A stretch of DNA of 62,415 nt, counting the filler, from Globobulimina sp. (lineage: Eukaryota), in the NCBI GenBank assembly GCA_003354225.1. It is 31 parts of 31 records of this genome, joined end to end, with 100 filler letters (N's around TTAATTAATTAA, not from the genome) between each part and the next. Parts side by side here need not be neighbours in the genome. Positions count along the whole stretch, not along the records: positions 12,109 to 14,026 come from PIVH01010611.1; positions 14,127 to 16,044 come from PIVH01010612.1; positions 16,145 to 18,062 come from PIVH01010613.1; positions 18,163 to 20,079 come from PIVH01010614.1; positions 20,180 to 22,096 come from PIVH01010615.1; positions 22,197 to 24,113 come from PIVH01010616.1; 25 more parts are not named here. The stretch is one strand, 5' to 3'. Both the position numbers and the translations under genes were made by a program. Under the pieces are notes generated by a model that was not told the DNA's origin, did no database searches, and was given only the letters and a program-made list of their open reading frames with translations. This document shows positions 12,899-24,213 of the stretch, one piece after another; positions within the stretch are counted from its first letter, which is position 1; every line of letters begins with the position of its first letter.

Positions 12899-12967
12899 GA
12901 TGTAAATGTGAGTGAGTTAGTGAGTTTAGGTTTTGCATGCAATAATTACGGATTGTATTTGAATATC

Positions 12968-13231
12968 ATGTCATGGAATCCGTTTAGGAAATCTGATGAG
13001 GAACAAAACTTACAATGGGAAATGCAGAAGCTCGAATATGAAGCAGTTGCAAACACATTACACCGTTTATCTGCACAATGTTTTAAACGGTGTGCACAAA
13101 ATGTGAATGATCCACAATTATCAACCGCAGAAATGTTATGTCTGGATAGGTGCACTCGAAAATACATTCATTCCATTAACGAGGTGAGTTTGCGAACAGA
13201 AGAAATCTCCAGAAAATACTCATCTCAATAA
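12968..13231 (+). CDS. Mitochondrial small Tim chaperone (Tim10/Tim9 family)
   Basis: Twin CX3C (CFKRC...CLDRC), LSTAEMLCLDRCTRKY, 87 aa from ATG 12968; most like Tim10. Confidence 0.88.
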   Translation: MSWNPFRKSDEEQNLQWEMQKLEYEAVANTLHRLSAQCFKRCAQNVNDPQLSTAEMLCLDRCTRKYIHSINEVSLRTEEISRKYSSQ

Positions 13232-13581
13232 AATCGATCTGAAAAATTTATAAATTATGTTATTGCACATTATAATTAACAGTCTAAAATTGATGGATAA
13301 TTGTTTAATTGCCAAATATAATCATATTTTTGGCCAAACCAAAGTTATTGTGGCTCCATAAGCTTGTTCATGCATATTTACATAAGGAATCTATCAGATT
13401 AAACTGGATCGAAACTTATATAAACACAAAAATAAACGAAAAAACAACACAAAAATAAATAACAGAGCGCACTGACATTTGCCATAACGTTTTTTTTGTA
13501 GTAGTATACCATGGCACAGTTTCCGTAACCATATCGATTTTATCGAGCCTAGGTTTCCTAAATAATGAGGCTGGGCGTTCT

Positions 13582-13647
13582 AAATAGTTACAAAAATAGT
13601 TACACTAACTATTTAGTAACTATTTAGTAACTAATTAGTAACTATTT
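13582..13647. repeat. Inverted micro-array: AAATAGTTAC x2 then (G)TAACTATTTA x4
   Basis: Read directly; right arm has an 11-nt period. Confidence 0.85.
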
Positions 13648-14126
13648 CCGTACTTTGATTAATGTTAAAAGATGGAAGAAACAAATTTCAATATTAAACT
13701 ACACACAAAAAGAGAATATTATATATAACAAAAAAAATGAATGTTATACATGAAGTTCAAATTATTAGTCGCGTAATCACCCCAAAATTATTAGTCACAA
13801 CACATACACACCTCCAAACTAATCATTCTCATCCACACAACAATCCGAAAAGTGCCATTAGCAGGAATCTAACCACGCACACATCGATCCAATCATATCA
13901 GCACACATCGATCAACACATCCACATACACATCCACATACATATGTTGACTGTTTAAATAGATCAGTTTGTGGTGTTTGTAGCACTGAAAAATATTCAGA
14001 ATATAAAGTGTTTGCGTGTGATTTGTNNNNNNNNNNNNNNNNNNNNNNNNNNNNNNNNNNNNNNNNNNNNTTAATTAATTAANNNNNNNNNNNNNNNNNN
14101 NNNNNNNNNNNNNNNNNNNNNNNNNN

Positions 14127-16044
14127 TTTGGCCTCTTTTATTGATTGGGCCAAATTAAAGGGATACTTTCCTCGCCACACATTTTGTTGAATGATTTTTT
14201 CGTTTTTAATATTAACTGTTTTGTGTTTGTTTTTGTAGGTTTTGCAGGAATTGGAATGAAAATATAAAGTTTAGTAATAATATATATATATATATATATT
14301 GTGTTGACAATGATGATACCAACTGGTACCCAGAAATATTAATAATTATCAAATGTTGATTCAATTCAAATCTTACACCTCTTCTGACCTTTTTTTTTAT
14401 TGCTTTTTTTCGTATTTCTGGATTATAATTTGTTGGTTTAATGGTTTTTTTTGATTTTGTTACAGCACAGCGGTCAGCCTTAGATTGCATATTATGAAGG
14501 ATTGTCATGATCAAATTGGGTATGTATTATGTACATCCTTTTAATAATTTGTATGATGACAGACCCATCAGAATATGTTGATTGTTGATGAAAATTGTCA
14601 AACGGACTTTGATTGAATTTGTTATGACTTTGCGGCCTCAAACTAATTTAAAATATAATATGGAAGAATGGCAAATTGGCAGAATGTGCATATAAATTTT
14701 TATCATTGCATCCCATTGTGTATAATTGCATTGGTAAAGAGAATAAAAAGCAATATTTGCGATCTTTCTTCGTTTGGAATAAATGGTATGTTTTGTACAT
14801 TGAATATAATTTTTTCTGGGATGAAGCAACGGAAATTAACTTGAGAGTAATCAATGAAAATACACTTTGGACGCCTGATCTGATCGCATTGTTTTGCTTT
14901 TTTATATTATACACAAATTAAAATATACAAACCTTCATTTGCTGAATTTGTTTTGTTTTTTTATTCTGTTTCATTACAGCACAACACAGCCATTTTTGCA
15001 GCGCAGCACATATTAATAATTGTAATCCAGGTAAGTATAAAACGTATAGTTGTATTTAACATTTTGTTTGTGATGAAAACTTTGGAGGAGCGTATGTCTG
15101 ATTTTATTTATGTGAAGATTCCAATGGCTGATAAACCAAAATATTTACATTTTACACATCTTTTTTTTGTTTTTATGAATTAACTCTTTCAGAATTGTAT
15201 AATATATAGTATTATATACAGATGTTAATAAAAAAAAGAATGATATTAATTGGATAAAATAAATTGCATTGATGCACATTTAGGAAAGATAATTGTAACC
15301 AATTGCAAGTTCAAAATATTTAAATGAATGGAATAATGCTTGCAAAATACTCAATGTTGCCGAAGAATTATTGGTTTTAATATAACGGAGAGGAGATGAT
15401 TTATATGAAAACTTAAAATGGTGCAGATAATTATATAAAATATGTTGATGGCGATGATAGTATATTTTATGAATATAAAAATTAACGGCAATCATGGGAT
15501 GAAGCAACGGAAATTAACGGCATTGAATATAATGTTTTCTGGGATGAAGCAACGGAAATTAACTTGGAGCGTATTTATAGTCTGATTTATGTTGCCGAAG
15601 AATTATTGGTTTTAATATAACGGAGAGATGATTTATATTTTATGATTATAAAAATTAACGGTAATTCATCAAAATTTGAGTTAACAGACAATACTTTTAA
15701 AATGGAACAAATATTGATTCAATGACAGAAATCAATGGGAGTAGACATTTATTATTAGATATTTGCTTATTGTATTTTTGTCTGTTTTGTTTGTTTTTGA
15801 TATATGAAATAATCACGATTTAGTTTGGGAAGTTTTCTTCGTCAACACAGATCGACTGAAACTTCACGCATTTTTTTAATTTTTGTCCTTATATTTTTTA
15901 GGACGTCTACAAATTTGAAAATATCAGTCTACAAATAAAATTATGCAACATTCAAGCTTTTAACAGCGACTTGACAATATTTGGGTTGTTTCATCATGCA
16001 TCAAATTGTTGTCTCTTTGGTCCCAAACGTGTTCCAATGCAATG
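14127..16044 (+). pseudogene. Degenerate coding-like region with internal mosaic duplications
   Basis: No long ORF; residual splice-like sites (ccag|gtaagt at ~15030); protein-like frame at 15283-15447 broken by several TAA; repeated blocks. Confidence 0.4.
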
Positions 16045-16144
16045 NNNNNNNNNNNNNNNNNNNNNNNNNNNNNNNNNNNNNNNNNNNNTTAATTAATTAA
16101 NNNNNNNNNNNNNNNNNNNNNNNNNNNNNNNNNNNNNNNNNNNN

Positions 16145-16975
16145 AATCAAACGTGGATAGGAGGCAGAGATTAAAAATTCTAACTCTTTGGTTTTAGAAT
16201 TAAATTTGACATCGCGTACATTGTGCACATTGACGCAGTCCGTCTGAAATGAAAACTGTTTCGCCGAACACCAGGAATCCAATGGCTTTCTAAAGGGAAC
16301 GAATCTGATTTTATTATCTGACGATGTTTTTAAAAATATGGTGCTCGAATCGATGGACTGTATGTAACTTATTTGTGTGTTATATGCGTCATATTCGTAG
16401 CTATTATCATTGTGATCAATATTTGTATGGTCCCACACTTTCGTAATTATTTCAAACATGGAGCCGACGCTTTGTCCAACGGATTGCGTTAATAATCGCA
16501 ACGTGTCCATACCCGTTAACTCGTCGGCTCTCTTACTCTGTTTCTTGTTTTTTGTGCCGTTGTTGTACACTTTGCCCTTTTTGGTGATCACTATGATACA
16601 AATTGCAATGATGGTTAATAAGACAAAGAAATATGTTAAATAGCGACATATCAATTTGACGCAATATAGCCAGGTCCATTTGGCCTGTTCTGTACATTTA
16701 AGGCAATTATTGTCGTCTTCATTGCTGTTGTTGTTCATGTTAATGTTTGTGTGGTTATTGTTGCTATTTGTATTTCGCGAGGATGTGACGGATACGTTTC
16801 TATGTTGCGGCTTTGTGTGTGTATGGTGATGGTGATGATACGATGGTGGATTATTGCGTTGTCGTTGAAGTTTTTTAATATTTTTTAGGTTTTTATTTTT
16901 TGCTTTGATCACTGCGTTTTTTAATTTTTCTATGTCGATTTCTGATATATTTAAATGTGACAGTGCGGATTTCAT
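16145..16975 (-). CDS. Single-pass membrane protein, 3' partial (possible further exon near 17152)
   Basis: N/H-rich region, TM helix YFFVLLTIIAICIIVI, then a globular region open to the contig edge. Confidence 0.65.
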
Positions 16976-17432
16976 TTTTTGAACTGGATTATCAGTGTCT
17001 TCATCTGTTTAATATTAATATTGTATCATGTTATCGATGTTAACATAATTAAAATCTCGAGCTCGCAATTGCAAACTGAAAATAAATTAACATTTTTTAT
17101 TGAGAGATGATTTTATGTCTTCGATTTGTTTATTGATTTGTTTCTGTGCCATAAACAAAAAAAAAAGACCACCTGATCAAACTAGCCGAGTTTCATGCCA
17201 TTAAAAATAATGACTAGTATGAAATAAAAAAACCTCATCCATCGACAAGATTAGAGGCTTTAGTGAGTCTGGACAAATTAGACAATGTATGCGTAGTTTT
17301 AACGGACGCAAACGCGCGAAAGTATTGCAAAATTTGGTAGATATTTATTTATTCAGTTTGATATTGATGTAAAAAAAAAAGTGTTCGTGTTTAGTGAGTG
17401 CGCAGCCGAGAGCAAGTGATTGAGAAACTAGT

Positions 17433-18062
17433 TCAGGAAATAATTTGTGATTTTGGTAGCTTTACACAATACACAGATTTACAATTGTTTAGACAACCTT
17501 TATCGTAGGGATTCTCCATCACTTGGAACGTGTTTTTAACATTCTCGTTGGTAGTTTCTTGATTACAAATCAGTGAACAATGATAAAACGCCAATGTAGA
17601 CACAGATAAACATATAAACAATGAAAAAAACGCCACGCCAAATGCAAATGGCTCATACTTTATCGTCTTCCAAATGACATTCTCCACAAATTTTTGTGTA
17701 TTCCTCTCCCCATCATTCATTCTCTTATACTCCCCGACCAATACCACAGTCGACACAGTCACACTATACGCCGAATAGCACGCGATTGAAAACAAAAAAA
17801 GCGAGAAATATTTATAATTCCTCTGACCGACACAAGTACCAACCCATGGACCTACATATTACCACAAATCATATAATACGGCCAATACCACACAACATAT
17901 AGAACATACAGTGGTGGTCGAACTTCCTTACACAACAATTGCAATAACGGCAGTGTTTGGCTCTCGGCGGCCTCCAAATCAGACACGTTTCGCAAAATTT
18001 GCTCCCGTTTGGCTTCAATTGTTGATGCGAAGGCGGTACAAACTCATTGCCGGCCGGCAAAT
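17433..18062 (-). CDS. DHHC palmitoyltransferase, 5' partial
   Basis: [29 protein letters not shown]; intron 17852-17909 restores [19 protein letters not shown] and NPYDKG motifs. Confidence 0.95.
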
Positions 18063-18280
18063 NNNNNNNNNNNNNNNNNNNNNNNNNNNNNNNNNNNNNN
18101 NNNNNNTTAATTAATTAANNNNNNNNNNNNNNNNNNNNNNNNNNNNNNNNNNNNNNNNNNNNTTGTTTTTGTTGCGTCCACCTTTGGCTTTCTTTATCTT
18201 CTTTTTTCTCTTTTGTCTTCCCGCCGGCGGCATGGTTTTGTCTGTTGAAGGTTTTTTAATTTAATTCAAAGATTGTAAAC

Positions 18281-20079
18281 ATGCCGTATGTTTTAAAAGA
18301 CGAAGGAAAATTTGGATGGGGTTTTGATTTAGATTTCACTGAATGGGATACACAAGTTATAATTCAATGGATTGACATTTTAGATGAAGATTTTGGTGAC
18401 GACTATGAAGACAGATTTGTCATTCAAGACATAACCGGAGAACATCTCAACAGACAGCAACTTGGCAACGCGCAATGGTGCCGACATGAATTAGGAATGG
18501 ATCAACAAACAGCTGACCAATTTTCACATATTGTTCAAGAAAGAATTGAAAAATATGAAACCATATCAAACCAATTTATCCAACCAATCCAACCAATGCC
18601 TCCACAACCAATAACAGATAAAATCGAGCCAAAATATCGAAATGGCTGTGTTTGTCTCCATAAACATGAAATAACCGCAAATATCAAAAATAGATACGCT
18701 AACATTGTGTACTTATTTCATTTTGAAAACACACATCAAAAGCGGTACAATCAAAGTAACGAATTAAAATTTGCGATAACAATTGATCCAAAAGCATTCA
18801 TTGCGAAATTTGAAGCAGATATTGATGGCGAACTATTTATTGGTAAAACCAAAGAAAAAGAGACTGCATCACAAGAATATCAAAACGCAAAAGAAAAAAA
18901 GGAAAATGCGATACTTATAAGTCAGTCACATAAAGATATTCCAAATGTATTTGAAATAAGAACCAATATTGATGCTGGAAGTAAAGTGTTATTAACTATT
19001 GAGATTCAACAATATCTTCAAAAACAATTTGAATTTAATCAAGTTACCATCCAAATATTGAAGAATTTTAGGAAATATAATATTGAACAAACCTTTGATT
19101 GCATCGGTTTTCAATTCAATGTTGAGGATGAAAGTGGAATCTATGACATTCGCACAAATGGGAGCAGCAATAATGGCATTTTTATTGATAAAAACGTTGT
19201 GTATGCAACTGATAAAAAATGTGAATTAAATGGCAGAGTTCTGAACAGTTCATCCAGTAACGAATTGACATTAAAATATAAAATCAAAGGAGAACAAACT
19301 GAATCATATGTTGTATTTGATAGGCAAAGCAACACATTTTGCCATATTATTTCTGATATAATCTCTGACGATGAAAAAGTAAACATTGATGTGTTAATCC
19401 CTCGGCGAGTCATGTTTGTATTGGATAGATCGGGCAGTATGTCCGGCGGCAAATGGAATAAAACAATTTCTTCCACCATTTTGGGGTTAAAACAGTTGCG
19501 GAAAAGTGTTGACAGATTTGGTGTTATTTTATTTGATGATAATATTCAATTACTGCCACATACTGATTTGAGAGGATGTGAGTTGGTGAGCGACAATGCC
19601 GTATATGATACAATTAAAGTATTACAACGTGAGGAAGCAAATGGAAGTACAAACATAAATGCTGCGTTATTAAAAGCGATTGAATTGATTAAAATTGATA
19701 TATTGTTATTGAATAATGACAAAAGTGATGAATATAATTTTTTCATCAATCAAATCATATTTATTACCGACGGCGAACCGAATTCTGGACAGACTGACAC
19801 AAATAAAATTGTGTTGAATGTTAAAAATGCAAATGATATCAGCAACATTGATACGTATAATGAGAAAATATCGATATTTTCATTTGGCGTTGGAACGGAT
19901 AGTAATGATTGCGAATGGATTAACGATTTAAATCATTCGTTTTTGAAGGTATTGTCTGTAAATAACAATGGATTTTATCAACGAATTAAAGAAACAGTGG
20001 CTGATGTTTCGTTGAATGAGTACTTTAGTATTTTATAAAAACCAGTTGCTACAAATATTACTGTTGAGTATACAAATAA
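18281..20079 (+). CDS. SAM-like module + VIT + vWA domain protein (ITIH/VWA5-like), in-frame TAA at 20036-20038
   Basis: VIT: AFIAKFEADIDGELFIGKTKEKETASQEY. vWA MIDAS: FVLDRSGSM, GSTNINAAL, IIFITDGEP. Frame continues KPVATNITVEY after the stop. Confidence 0.85.
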
Positions 20080-20186
20080 NNNNNNNNNNNNNNNNNNNNN
20101 NNNNNNNNNNNNNNNNNNNNNNNTTAATTAATTAANNNNNNNNNNNNNNNNNNNNNNNNNNNNNNNNNNNNNNNNNNNNAAAAATT

Positions 20187-20190
<4 letters not shown>

Positions 20191-20241
<51 letters not shown>
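20191..20241 (+). repeat. A51 homopolymer
   Basis: Read directly, near the contig edge. Confidence 0.9.
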
Positions 20242-20248
<7 letters not shown>

Positions 20249-20281
20249 AGAAATAGAACAAAAAAAACCAAAAAAAAAACT

Positions 20282-21932
20282 TCATTGATTTTGCGATAAA
20301 TACTTTGCATCCAACAACTTACAAAAGAGAGCATATTGATGTTTATTTGCTAACTTTGCATGTTCTTTTTTGCCCTTTCCACTGCCTAACAACACATTGA
20401 ATATGTCATCGATTTGTGGAATGGATATAATACAAATATACGCAAATCTCTCCACGTAATAATAATAAGATTGCGTCACTTGATCCAATTTATACAACTT
20501 ACTGAATTTAATAATTAACGTCTCAATAAACTGATAAATGGATTTGATTGACACCTTTTCCTTCTCCTGGTTTCTCTTAACATTTACCAGCCAATTCTTG
20601 ACATACATGGTCTGGATTTGGCAGCGTTGATCCAAGATGAACGAATTAAATTTTTCTTGCAAATGCTCCTCGCAAAAATAAGTCGTGGTCAAAACCAAAT
20701 TATCATTCGACTCATTATAATCCGTGGTCACCGTATTAAAAAAATAGATAATCGTTTGCTGCCGCACTGTATGGTCACACTTCGGCGTCGCCAACAATTG
20801 TTTGGCAGATTCGTACTCTTTCTGCAACGAACCAATATCTTCAACAACACATTAAATAAAATAAAAAGCAAAACAATTAAACAACTCACAAAAATGCACA
20901 TACTCTGCTTCACATTTTCAAGCGCCTTTTTCTTTGAAATCGTAGTGGAAGACACCTTCATTTTAGTCACATTCACAATGGTGTCCTTGACGAAGATTTG
21001 CAACCTTTGCATCTTCCATTCGTCCAAATTGGCCACCACGATGCTATGCGCTTTGCTCAAACTCTTCAACTTCTCATTGAAACACTCGATGTACGTATAT
21101 TCGATCTGAATTTGCGTCGACAAAAACTTGAACAACGCATTGAAATACTCATTGCCCAAATATTTGAGCTCCACAATGTACCATTTATTCCATTGATCCA
21201 TTTGTTTGCCGTGCTTCGCTTTCAATTTCTCCAAAGTGCGGCTGAACGAATCGATGCGTTGCTGATGGCCACGAATCTCTTTTTTCAACCGCGTAATCAC
21301 GGAAAACAGCTCGTTTTTCAAATCGTGCTTATTATTAAACCGCGCCAATTGCAAAAAAATAGTCTCGTGTTGGACCGGCGGAATGTCAGTCATCACACTG
21401 ATGGCTCGGCTCTCGCGGTTGTTGACGTCATCGATCTCTTCCTAAAAACAATTATCATACAATTTCTATATTTTTGCCCGGAACAGACACGATTTATACA
21501 CACTTGTTTATACTCCACGGACTGCTCCGTGTTCTGAATGTCGTTTGGTTGCGGCAGAGGGTTCCGGAGCGCACTCGTTTGGATCTCGGCGGTGGACGGA
21601 TGGTCGCGGGTCATTAACGAAGGTGACATGAGGGAGATGTTGGAGATACACGCCTCATTTTGGGCGTGTTCCATATTTACTTTTTGCTCGAAATTGTCCT
21701 CAACAGAGCCGTTGCTGTGGCTGCTCGCAGACAGAATCTGTACGTTATGCTGGATCATAGTCACATTGTTGCCGTGCATGGGCAGCGCCGTTCGCGTGTC
21801 GCCAGATTGCGAATAATAGCCACTTTGCTGCGAATCCTCCACAGTCACGCCGCCCAATTCTAAATTGCTCGATTTCGTATTTAAATGGTTATGGTCCACA
21901 TTTTGCGACTTATCCTCGTCAAACTCATCCAA
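20282..21932 (-). CDS. Multi-exon helical/coiled-coil hypothetical protein
   Basis: Three overlapping minus-strand ORFs reconcilable by short introns near 21440-21510 and 20820-20900; start not resolved. Confidence 0.6.
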
Positions 21933-22369
21933 TTCGGAGATCGCTTTTGAGTGAAATTCTTAAGGTAAAAACACAAAAAAAAATAGTTTTCATCCGCCAC
22001 CAATCGGAGGAGCCCCATTTGGAGGACGAAGATGCTGGTTTTTCAACATTTTGACATTGTTTTCTGAGATATTTGTAAAATAATTCAATTTGCCATNNNN
22101 NNNNNNNNNNNNNNNNNNNNNNNNNNNNNNNNNNNNNNNNTTAATTAATTAANNNNNNNNNNNNNNNNNNNNNNNNNNNNNNNNNNNNNNNNNNNNAAAA
22201 GAAAGTAACAAAAAAAAAGAAAAAAGTCACCAAAAAGAAAAAAACAGCAAGAAAATCAAAGAAATAAATTTCAAGCTTTCTTTTAAGATCCAATATATAT
22301 TTTTATTTTTTACCAGGTGTTTTTCAACACCACCAAAAAAAACATCTGTATCTTTGTAAGCATCAAAGC

Positions 22370-23728
22370 ATGGCAGCAATTGACGAAAAAGAGGAGTCTT
22401 CGGATGAAGAAGGTGATTACCAACAGTTATATGTGAAATCACCAGAAAAAATAGCCTCATTTGCTTCAGCTGAACAAATCCAATCTGAAGTGAGCCATAT
22501 AATTTCTTCAACAAAATCAGCAAAACAGGCAGCTGAGATTGATAGAGACGATCATTTGGTGATATTTGTGCATGGCTTCAATAACAATGATGACCAGGTC
22601 GAACAGCGTGCGGTTAAAATAGATAAGATTTATGGAACTAAAAATGTGATCACGAGAACATTTAATTGGAAGTCGGAATGTAAAACATTGAGATATGGCT
22701 CAGACCAATTTACTGCGTTATTGGTGGCGCAAACCTTTGCGAGATACATTGAGTTAATTCGAATGCATAACAAATTCAAACGGATCGACATTATTTGTCA
22801 TTCAATGGGCAATTTTATACTTTGCCAAACCATTTTGCATTACTGCGTTTTCCATAATAAATTGGATATATTCAAAGGATTTAATATTATTTGTTTAGCG
22901 CCTGATGTCGAAACAGAACAATACAACCAAAGCATACAAACGGTCAGAAATATAATCAGCAGTTGGTGCCATTATTGGTGTGCTGGGGATTACGCATTAT
23001 CTGCATCCAAATGGTACAATGACACAAAGAAAAGAGCGGGTTTAAGCAAGTGCGAAATGAGGCATTTGTCCGTTGTACATGATATTGAATGGAAGCAATG
23101 GTCGCGATTATTATTTTCCGGAAAGCTGAACCATGCATATATTGATCAGGTATTTAGTGACCAGGCGCTGGCAAATGACATTTTGGATCGATTGCGAGCG
23201 ATACAACCAATGGTTGGGAATTATGACGGTGGTCATCCTCAATTGGAACAGGCACAAATTGTACAGGATTTACCTGAAATGAAAGTTGGTTTAAACATTG
23301 AGAAAAATCAACCTTTTCTGTTGCAAATTGTTGGTGGATATGTTGGGTGTGATGAGAGTGGATGGTTGACATCGACAAAAGTAATATCTGATGCGATTTT
23401 GTTTGAGTTTGAATTATCGTCTGCAAAATATAAATATACGCATTATAAAGTGAAGAAATGTGCATATGGCCAATATAATGGATATTATGTATCATATACA
23501 GGCAGTTCTTGGTGTGCTGGTTTGTACAGACGGAAAGGGGACGCATTGTGTATTGAATATTGTTTGGCAGAGAATAAATTGATTGCGCGAGGAACAGAAA
23601 ATAGAATTAAAAATAATAGGATGGAAGCAAGAGAATTAAGGTCTCATTTAAAAAGTGATAATCATTATTTGTATTTCAGAAACGATTTTAAAGTTTGTCA
23701 AGTAATGTATGACTTTTCACAGAACTAA
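22370..23728 (+). CDS. Alpha/beta hydrolase, DUF900-like, with C-terminal extension
   Basis: IFVHGFNN, FNWKS, nucleophile elbow ICHSMGN, LAPDV, DYALSAS, candidate His in NHAY. Confidence 0.8.
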   Translation: MAAIDEKEESSDEEGDYQQLYVKSPEKIASFASAEQIQSEVSHIISSTKSAKQAAEIDRDDHLVIFVHGFNNNDDQVEQRAVKIDKIYGTKNVITRTFNWKSECKTLRYGSDQFTALLVAQTFARYIELIRMHNKFKRIDIICHSMGNFILCQTILHYCVFHNKLDIFKGFNIICLAPDVETEQYNQSIQTVRNIISSWCHYWCAGDYALSASKWYNDTKKRAGLSKCEMRHLSVVHDIEWKQWSRLLFSGKLNHAYIDQVFSDQALANDILDRLRAIQPMVGNYDGGHPQLEQAQIVQDLPEMKVGLNIEKNQPFLLQIVGGYVGCDESGWLTSTKVISDAILFEFELSSAKYKYTHYKVKKCAYGQYNGYYVSYTGSSWCAGLYRRKGDALCIEYCLAENKLIARGTENRIKNNRMEARELRSHLKSDNHYLYFRNDFKVCQVMYDFSQN

Positions 23729-24213
23729 TACTATTTTATAAAAAAACAAAAACATCCTTGCACTTACCGTAACACACAAGTCACTTTGCATTGGAACTGT
23801 AGTTCTTGTATATTCCGTATATTTCATTAAAATGGATGTTAGCTGTTACGGTTTGTTGGTTGATGTCTGGTTCGATGCAACATGCACTATCAATCGAGGA
23901 TGATGTCAAAATAAATGATCAACACGCAAATCGTGGCCAGGTTGTATTCAATTCAATTTTTAAAATAATCAGAGAAGGCGCAGACAATATCGATGAAAAT
24001 CCATCTTATTCTTATGACGAAATGTTTACTTTGGCATTTGGATTAAGGTAGTTGTGTACTTAAGATCGGTGTTTTTGTGTGTTTTCGGGTTTATCCAAAT
24101 GAATCCATGACTANNNNNNNNNNNNNNNNNNNNNNNNNNNNNNNNNNNNNNNNNNNNTTAATTAATTAANNNNNNNNNNNNNNNNNNNNNNNNNNNNNNN
24201 NNNNNNNNNNNNN

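Noticed and set aside
13737-13949. 70-aa His/Thr-rich ORF
   Set aside because: Low-complexity CA-rich sequence with no recognisable motif.
20191-20241. Poly(A) tail of a retrocopy
   Set aside because: The adjacent gene is on the minus strand, so the run is poly(T) in its sense, and the gene appears to have introns.
20618-21863. Plus-strand ORFs of 67-179 aa
   Set aside because: Antisense shadows of the minus-strand gene; the same applies to most 60-130 aa overlapping ORFs in the track.
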